From Candidatus Electrothrix sp. GW3-4 (GTDB lineage Bacteria > Desulfobacterota > Desulfobulbia > Desulfobulbales > Desulfobulbaceae): a stretch of 32,000 nt of DNA. The DNA lies in assembly GCF_037902255.1 (NCBI RefSeq), contig NZ_CP147990.1, forward strand, positions 3,120,001 through 3,152,000, given 5' to 3'. Of this stretch, positions 18,284-24,120 are shown piece by piece (the first letter of the stretch is position 1; the number at the start of each line of letters is the position of its first letter). A program made the translations under genes and the position numbers. The notes below the pieces were generated by a model. The model searched no databases. It was not told the DNA's origin and saw nothing but the letters and a program-made list of their open reading frames with translations.

Positions 18284-18649
18284 TCTTCCTCCTTTCTTTG
18301 TTCGTTAATTCTCTGTTCGTTCAGTTAAACATTCAGTTAAACAAGCACCCTTTGTTATTCATAACCATCTTTTGTTATTAAAAAGTATTATAGGTCAACG
18401 CAGAAAAAAGGTACAAGGACTTTTTTTATAAAAAATCTCTCCCATGCAAAAAAAAGCATACCAGCTCTTCGGAAGCAACGTTGGCGTAGAACGTTATTCC
18501 CTCCCCCTCTGTTTCCCGGCATCCCACAGGGCAGGATACATACTGTCTCGCCAACTAGGAGACAGCTGCCCCCTTTTTTCCCTCTATACAGGACGAACGG
18601 AGGGATGGACGTGCAGAGGTACGCAGACGTGCTGCGGGGACCTGCCTAC

Positions 18650-19699
18650 TCAGAGACCATTGGTGAGCTGGCCCAAAAAGCCGTCTCTCTTGTCCTCCAC
18701 GCCCTGTTCCAACTCCATGACCCGTTCGGCGTAATCATCGTATTCTGTCACCAGCACTGAAACGATAAAGTTGCCTGGTCCCAACTTGCCATTGCCGAGC
18801 TGGGAACGGGGGATGGCCGGAAAGAGCTGGGGAGAGCTGGTCATGGCATAGCGCTGTCCATCAAGGGGGATACTGCCGAAGTTAAACTTTCGGGTGGCGA
18901 TAACTTCACTATGCCCCTGTTGCTGCCTGTCAAGCCAGACCGCAGTGATGGATACCTCTGCGGTTACATCGACCTTTTTCGGACGGGCCGGGGATAAGGA
19001 CCGGGTCTGCATCGTCTGCATGACGGTCCAGGGGGCAAGGAGATCAAAGCCAAAGGGCCGGCTGATATCAAAAGCAGCGACCTTGGCCTTGGCATGGGTC
19101 ATGGCAATGTTCTTGGGCCGGATCTGAAAGGCAGTGCCGTCAATGGTCTCTTCGATGGTAAAGACCAGGCTCATCACCTCACCGAGCTCGGGCAGGGAAC
19201 GGGTAAGGTGCAGCTCCTGGAGGTGAATACTCCGTTGGCCATCAGTGGGACAGGCATAGACCTGATCAGCAGAGGAGCGGTACTGCTTGGTAAAGTACGG
19301 AGAATCAGCGGGGTCGTTGGCAGAAAGACATTTACCATAGAAATGATCACCCACGGCCAGGGCCGAATAGGAGGCAGTATAGCGTTCTGCTTCCTTTTTC
19401 AGGAACTCCTGGACCTGTTCGGTTGCCATTTGCAGGACCGAGGCCGCTGTAGCAGAGGCGGGAGAGAACAAGGCCGTTTCTCGGGTTCCGTCTTCCTTCT
19501 TTGCTGTTGCCTGGCATGATTTCTTGATGTCGCACTCGGCCCATTCTTTGACATAGCCCAGAGAGAGCTGCACGGTTTCGCCCTCCCGTTGGTCCGAGTC
19601 AGGATAGGGAGGAAAGACCAGGTTGGAGACATTTCTATTCACAGAGGAACAGCCGGTCAGGGTTAGGCATAACAGGGATAGCACGAGCAGTCTTTTCAT
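18650..19699 (-). CDS. hypothetical lipoprotein
   Basis: Lipobox LTLTGC follows a signal peptide. I prefer the ATG at 19699 (AAGGAGA upstream) to the one at 19720. Confidence 0.6.
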   Translation of the reverse strand: MKRLLVLSLLCLTLTGCSSVNRNVSNLVFPPYPDSDQREGETVQLSLGYVKEWAECDIKKSCQATAKKEDGTRETALFSPASATAASVLQMATEQVQEFLKKEAERYTASYSALAVGDHFYGKCLSANDPADSPYFTKQYRSSADQVYACPTDGQRSIHLQELHLTRSLPELGEVMSLVFTIEETIDGTAFQIRPKNIAMTHAKAKVAAFDISRPFGFDLLAPWTVMQTMQTRSLSPARPKKVDVTAEVSITAVWLDRQQQGHSEVIATRKFNFGSIPLDGQRYAMTSSPQLFPAIPRSQLGNGKLGPGNFIVSVLVTEYDDYAERVMELEQGVEDKRDGFLGQLTNGL

Positions 19700-19848
19700 C
19701 TTCTCTCCTTTTCTCTTCATTGATCAAGGCCCTGGGCAGAGAACCGAGGACAGGTATCTCGCAGGTCAAGCAAACAGGGGAGAACGGAACAGCACAGTAA
19801 AGGAGCAGGCGTATTCGAGAGACATTGCCGGAAAGGATAGAATGATAT

Positions 19849-20085
19849 CTATATATGATATCGATTATAGATCTCCTTCCGTACCGGGCAGCCACAGAGG
19901 ACATCCTCTCCCAGGGTGTACTGGAAGTTACAGGTGCTGTTATCCCGGCATCGTATATAGAGGACGGACTCAAGAAGGCATTTTTCTGCCTGACAGATGT
20001 CCTGTTTGTTCTTATCAAGGCAGGAGAATCCTTTCTTGCATTTTGCGGCGCGTTCTCTTGCCTCCTCACTGACGTCAATATCCAT
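19849..20085 (-). CDS. small Cys-rich hypothetical protein (78 aa, 9 Cys)
   Basis: ORF between the lipoprotein and CZB genes on the same strand. The RBS is weak and I recognised no family. Confidence 0.4.
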   Translation of the reverse strand: MDIDVSEEARERAAKCKKGFSCLDKNKQDICQAEKCLLESVLYIRCRDNSTCNFQYTLGEDVLCGCPVRKEIYNRYHI

Positions 20086-20148
20086 TACTTCATCCGTTCT
20101 TTGTACTTACCCCTCGTCAGGGCCCACCGACTTTGCCTCCCCCTGGGG

Positions 20149-20187
20149 CAAAGAAAAACCGGGTTATGCACGAGGCACCTACCCGGT
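20149..20187 (-). terminator. rho-independent terminator downstream of CZB gene 2
   Basis: Stem accgggt/acccggt (20158-20164 and 20181-20187), followed on the minus strand by TTTTCTTT. It lies 42 nt after the stop at 20229. Confidence 0.65.
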
Positions 20188-20228
20188 CAGGAACGTATCT
20201 TCTCATCAAGAGCAACAAGGCAAGGCGC

Positions 20229-20594
20229 TCAGATACTGTCTTTTGCTGCCTGAGACTCGACCTGTTCCATCACCCTGATGAATTCATCACATTGTGCCTT
20301 AAACTTGCTCAGGGCCTCTTTACCTGCCGGACTTTTTCGCTCGGCCTCCGGCATCTGAACCAAGCGCTTGATGGCTGCATGGAAGTCTTTATGGAGACTT
20401 TCCACCTGTCCCATCTCAGAGTAGGCAGCGAACTCCTCCAGGCCGGACTTATAGAGCCATTGCCCGAAATCGCAGGACATATGGTCGGGAACATCGGCCA
20501 CAGTCAGGTTTTCCAGGCCATAGAAGAAATCAGCCAACTTTGATTTCCACCGTAAATGAGCAACCGTTGCTACCTGCAAATGTGCTACATCCAT
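20229..20594 (-). CDS. stand-alone chemoreceptor zinc-binding (CZB) domain protein, paralog 2
   Basis: CZB signature present: HLRW ... CDFGQW ... HKDFH. It is 121 aa and aligns without gaps to paralog 1, with about 62% identity by manual count. Confidence 0.8.
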   Translation of the reverse strand: MDVAHLQVATVAHLRWKSKLADFFYGLENLTVADVPDHMSCDFGQWLYKSGLEEFAAYSEMGQVESLHKDFHAAIKRLVQMPEAERKSPAGKEALSKFKAQCDEFIRVMEQVESQAAKDSI

Positions 20595-20760
20595 GCTTCA
20601 CCTCTTCTAACTCTGGGGGTTGAACTCCTGGGTTGAACTCCTGTCAGTTATTCTTCGGAGTTACGATTTTATGTCGGTCAACTTTTCTTGTCAATAATTT
20701 CTTATGGTACTGCCTTAAAAAAAGGAGTGCTGTTCCCTTCCCTTGGGAGGGGAAGGCCGG

Positions 20761-21138
20761 TTAGGCAAGAATCAAGAGCTCCTCTCTCTCCCCGATAAAA
20801 TTATAAAAGGCACATTCTCTGCATTCTTGCTCCTTATGTAAGCAAAGGCAGGACATATGGCCTTTATAGAGAGTCTGACGCAGGACCCAACAGCAGCGTC
20901 CCCCATTTTTGCCATGATGAATGCCATCAGTCTCGCCTTGAACACTTACCGGACAAAGGCCGTGGCGTAATACATTTTCCCCTCCTGGTTCCCTGCCGCA
21001 TCCATTGAATTCCCAACAATTTTCCTGCCTGTCATTCTCTATACTACCGATCATACTCCTCTCGATCACACTACTCTCAATCACACTCCTATTGACCATA
21101 CTCTCTATCATACTTTTGTTCCGTCTATGCTTTAGCAA
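20761..21138 (-). CDS. small Cys-rich protein with paired CW motifs (two-CW-domain-like); start codon uncertain
   Basis: NCWEFNGCGREPGG and GGRCCW motifs plus a CRECAF end. The N-terminal 30 codons are degenerate DNA tandem repeats (SMIE/SVIE). The ORF start is TTG and several internal ATGs are possible starts. Confidence 0.5.
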   Translation of the reverse strand: MLKHRRNKSMIESMVNRSVIESSVIERSMIGSIENDRQENCWEFNGCGREPGGENVLRHGLCPVSVQGETDGIHHGKNGGRCCWVLRQTLYKGHMSCLCLHKEQECRECAFYNFIGEREELLILA

Positions 21139-21263
21139 TTTACCCTTTAATCGCTTAGCATTATAGCATCTTTTGCACTACCCGCACAATAAGGTAACCG
21201 ACTCATTTTGTCAGGAAAATAACCCGACCATCCGGGCAAGAGACCGTAGAGAAACAAGGGAAA

Positions 21264-21286
21264 GGGCTTGGGGCTTGGGGCTTGGG
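21264..21286 (+). repeat. G-quadruplex-type motif GGGCTTGGGGCTTGGGGCTTGGG
   Basis: Four G3-4 runs separated by CTT, read directly. The motif sits in a G-rich stretch at 21250-21340. Confidence 0.6.
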
Positions 21287-21371
21287 AAGGAGAGAGGAGG
21301 CAGGTAAGGGTGGTTGTTGTATGGAGGGATTGTTAGGGGCAGAAGGCGGAGCAGATCCAAGGGACTGCCTC

Positions 21372-21407
21372 GAACTCATTCCCTCTTATAGAGGGTGGTG
21401 GCAAAAC
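21372..21407 (-). repeat. degenerate terminal CRISPR repeat
   Basis: gaactcattccctcttatagagggtggtggcaaaac aligns to the consensus repeat through the CCCTCTT..ATAG.GGT.GGTG...AAC core. It lies one spacer length (33 nt) from repeat 1. Confidence 0.6.
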
Positions 21408-21410
21408 CAA

Positions 21411-21441
21411 TATAGAGGCGACCGGTCGGTCGCCCCTACAG
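21411..21441. repeat. 31-nt palindromic element, copy A (tatagaggcgaccggtcggtcgcccctacag)
   Basis: 28/31 identical to 24077-24107 by manual alignment. It fills the slot between the degenerate repeat and repeat 1. Confidence 0.75.
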
Positions 21442-22183
21442 TCTTAATACCCTCTTCATAGGGTAGGTGTTCCAACGGCGATTTCCGTTGCTTTAATCTC
21501 AACCCTAAAGGAGTCTTAATACCCTCTTCATAGGGTAGGTGTTCCAACCGCAAAAAAAACAGCTATTTTGGACAAAGTTAATTAGTCTTAATACCCTCTT
21601 CATAGGGTAGGTGTTCCAACCAGGGCTTTGTGGGTTTGCTAGCACAACAACCTGTCTTAATACCCTCTTCATAGGGTAGGTGTTCCAACCTATCTTCCAC
21701 ATCCCGGGGGGGATAACCCCAAGCGTCTTAATACCCTCTTCATAGGGTAGGTGTTCCAACGAAATCCAAGATGTAACAGTAAACACGAATGCAAAGTCTT
21801 AATACCCTCTTCATAGGGTAGGTGTTCCAACGTAAATTAGGAGTGGATGTAACTCTTATCATGGGTGTCTTAATACCCTCTTCATAGGGTAGGTGTTCCA
21901 ACCGGATGAAAATCCGTATCAGTTGGCGACAGCGTCTTAATACCCTCTTCATAGGGTAGGTGTTCCAACTTTCAGGATGTCAGGAAACGGAAACGCAGTA
22001 TTATGTCTTAATACCCTCTTCATAGGGTAGGTGTTCCAACATTTTGGGATTTTTCCCAAGCATGATTAGCAACGAGAGTCTTAATACCCTCTTCATAGGG
22101 TAGGTGTTCCAACAACAGTATCTGCGTCCGGTCAGATCTGTTCTTTTGTCTTAATACCCTCTTCATAGGGTAGGTGTTCCAAC
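21441..22183 (-). CRISPR. CRISPR array with 11 identical 36-nt repeats and 10 spacers
   Basis: The plus-strand repeat is gtcttaataccctcttcatagggtaggtgttccaac, starting at 21441, 21513, 21585, 21654, 21725, 21796, 21867, 21934, 22005, 22078 and 22148. Spacer lengths are 36, 36, 33, 35, 35, 35, 31, 35, 37 and 34 nt, and all spacers are unique. I infer minus-strand transcription because the degenerate repeat is at the low-coordinate end and the reverse complement, GTTGGAAC...ATTAAGAC, has the canonical GTT...AAGAC form. Confidence 0.95.
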
Positions 22184-22216
22184 AGCGGCCCTGCATCAAA
22201 CAATACTGAATTCAGC

Positions 22217-22245
22217 AGATTATGCAAGTAAAATTTTACCATCAA
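22217..22245 (-). promoter_or_regulatory. candidate leader promoter for the CRISPR array
   Basis: The minus strand reads TTGATG-N17-TAATCT. The -10 element ends 34 nt upstream of the leader-proximal repeat. The call rests on pattern match only. Confidence 0.35.
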
Positions 22246-22590
22246 AACGGGTTTTGAAAGTTGTGGATTTTGAACCGCCATTTTCAACCCTCCAATAAAG
22301 CGATATGCGACATTGTGACCAATCAGTCATAATCGGTACAGCATCCTGTACATCCTCTTTCCTGCCCAAGAAAATTCCCTTTCCCTTCAAGGCAGTAGCA
22401 CCAGAACGGGAATTATGATGAAAAATGACACAAGGAAAAATCAACGCAAAATAATTTGATGTCCGGCCCTGTTTCCCTTCTTTCCCCTCTTTCTTTTTCT
22501 CCTCTATATTATACCTGCTCCTCTGGCCTGGGCAAAGAAAAAGGGGCAGGTCCCTTGATTTCCCCAACCAGGCAGGAAAAACAGCCTGAA

Positions 22591-22760
22591 CCTAAGGACT
22601 CCTCTCAGTTGTCCCTAGGGAGTTCTTCATCTCGAACCTAGGGAGTTCTTCATCTCGAACCTAGGGAGTTTCCTCTCTCGAACCTAGGGAGTTTCCTCTC
22701 TCGAACCTAGGGAGTTCTTTATCTCGAACCTAGGGAGTTTCCTCACTCGCCCCTAGGGAC
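22591..22760. repeat. 23-nt tandem repeat block (6 good units, a degenerate leading unit and a partial trailing unit)
   Basis: Units start at 22614, 22637, 22660, 22683, 22706 and 22729, with consensus cctagggagtt[cttcat/tcctct]ctcgaa. Two variants occur in the order A A B B A' B'. Each unit contains the CCTAGG palindrome. Confidence 0.9.
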
Positions 22761-22870
22761 AAGTCCCTCCTCCTCCTTGTCCACCAAAAAAACACGGTCC
22801 GCTCCACGATTTTTTCTCTTCTCGCACAAGATTATTCCGCAGCAACAGGACGTTACCCCACATATTCCCC

Positions 22871-22899
22871 TTGACAAGCCCTGCCCTCCTCCGTAGGAT
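22871..22899 (+). promoter_or_regulatory. candidate sigma70-type promoter of the HU-like gene
   Basis: TTGACA-N17-TAGGAT, read directly. The -10 element ends 57 nt upstream of the ATG at 22957. Confidence 0.45.
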
Positions 22900-22956
22900 A
22901 CCTCCCATGCGGTTTGCCCGGTGTATCAAGGAGTTCAATTCAACAGGAGAAGAACC

Positions 22957-24027
22957 ATGTCCACTGTTCAATGTCGCGTCGAAAGAAATACCCTGACCAC
23001 CCCTCCTTCCTATAGCCTCCGCTTCATCCCCCACAATATCTATGGTTATGAAGAGCTGGCCGATGAGATCGTGCGGGACAATCCCTCCCTGAACAGGGAT
23101 CAGGTCCTGGTGATGCTGCGGGCCCGGGATCAGACCGTGCAACGACTGCTCATCAACGGCAACCAGGTCACCCTGGAAGACGCCTTCAGCTACCGCCTCT
23201 CCTTTAAGGCCCGCCTCAACGAACCCAATGCGCCGCTGCCCTCAGCCGAGGAATGTCTGCGGGTCAAGATCTCGGCCTCCCGGCCCTTTATCAAGGAGGT
23301 GCGGCAAAAGGCCCGGCTGGAACGCCTGCCTGCCGAGGAAAAGCTGCCCCTGATCACCTCCACCGAAGACACGGAGCTGGGCCTGAACGATGTCCTGTAT
23401 GACCAGGGAGTACTCCGGCTGATGGGCAATGATCTCCTCTTTGACCGCAATGAAGCCGACTGTGGCTGCACCCTGACCGGGACCCGCAGTGGCGCTGCAG
23501 TCCAGCACCGCTTTGCGGCCATCTCCAACACAGAGGTCCTGATCGTGCCGACTATCCCGGCCCAGGAGGCGGCCTGGAACAACGAGTACCGGCTTGCCCT
23601 GGCCACCCGCTTTACCGAACACGGGACCCTGCGCACCGGCACCTATCGAGGCAGGCTCCGCACCCCCCTGGAGGTGAGCGGCTTTGACCATCCCAATATG
23701 GAGGTGGGGATCCTGACCGGCAAGGCCACGACGCCCCACGTCCTTATCACCGGCGGCAGCCTGCATGGGGAGGGGATGATCCGGGTCCAGGCCGTGTTGG
23801 ACGCCCGGGATGGGCATATCCTCTGTAACCTGTTGGATATGGAGGAAGAGGGGGCAGCGGGCGATCCGGTGGCAATGCGGGCCAATGGGACCTATACCCT
23901 GGCCGGTTTTAGCGGGGCCCTGGTGAGCAGCCTCAACCTGCGGGTGGATGACTACGAGGCCCTGCATGCCTTGATCCGCAACGACTATGCTGGCCAATTG
24001 GTGGATGTGTTGGCGGTGAGGCCCTAG
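22957..24027 (+). CDS. putative DNA-binding protein with an HU-like N-terminal domain and DUF4469-like Ig-fold region(s)
   Basis: I prefer the ATG at 22957 (AGGAGA 7 nt upstream). The N-terminus VERNTLT...Y.LRF....Y.YEELADEI...NPSLNRDQVLVML...Q.LLINGNQVTLEDAFSYRLSF matches the pattern of HU-fold fusion proteins, and the following ITSTED...GVLRLMGNDLLFD resembles DUF4469. Both calls are from memory only. Confidence 0.45.
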   Translation: MSTVQCRVERNTLTTPPSYSLRFIPHNIYGYEELADEIVRDNPSLNRDQVLVMLRARDQTVQRLLINGNQVTLEDAFSYRLSFKARLNEPNAPLPSAEECLRVKISASRPFIKEVRQKARLERLPAEEKLPLITSTEDTELGLNDVLYDQGVLRLMGNDLLFDRNEADCGCTLTGTRSGAAVQHRFAAISNTEVLIVPTIPAQEAAWNNEYRLALATRFTEHGTLRTGTYRGRLRTPLEVSGFDHPNMEVGILTGKATTPHVLITGGSLHGEGMIRVQAVLDARDGHILCNLLDMEEEGAAGDPVAMRANGTYTLAGFSGALVSSLNLRVDDYEALHALIRNDYAGQLVDVLAVRP

Positions 24028-24073
24028 GGGCAGACCTGCGTGGCTGCCCGGTTGGACTGAAGAGGGGCGAACC

Positions 24074-24109
24074 CACTGTAGGGGCGACCGGCCGGTCGCC
24101 CCTACAGTG
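24074..24109. repeat. perfect 36-nt palindrome (cactgtaggggcgaccgg/ccggtcgcccctacagtg), copy B of the palindromic element; probable bidirectional terminator
   Basis: The 18-nt arms are exact reverse complements. It lies between the convergent stops at 24027 and 24121. Confidence 0.8.
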
Positions 24110-24120
24110 TCCCTGCCCCC

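Noticed and set aside
21505-21952. Track ORFs 21505-21786 and 21740-21952 (minus strand), with the repeated peptide WNTYPMKRVLR
   Set aside because: They are translations of the CRISPR repeats. The periodic identical peptide is an artefact of the 36-nt repeat, not a gene.
22220-22641. ORFs 22220-22567 (-) and 22456-22641 (+) in the leader and tandem-repeat region
   Set aside because: Both are low-complexity, lack an RBS, and overlap a polypyrimidine tract and the 23-nt repeats. Neither shows any recognisable motif.
21139-22920. tracrRNA-like anti-repeat near the array
   Set aside because: Scanning both flanks by eye found only the decayed terminal repeat at 21372-21407, which is in the same orientation as the array. 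I saw no reverse-complement match to the repeat.
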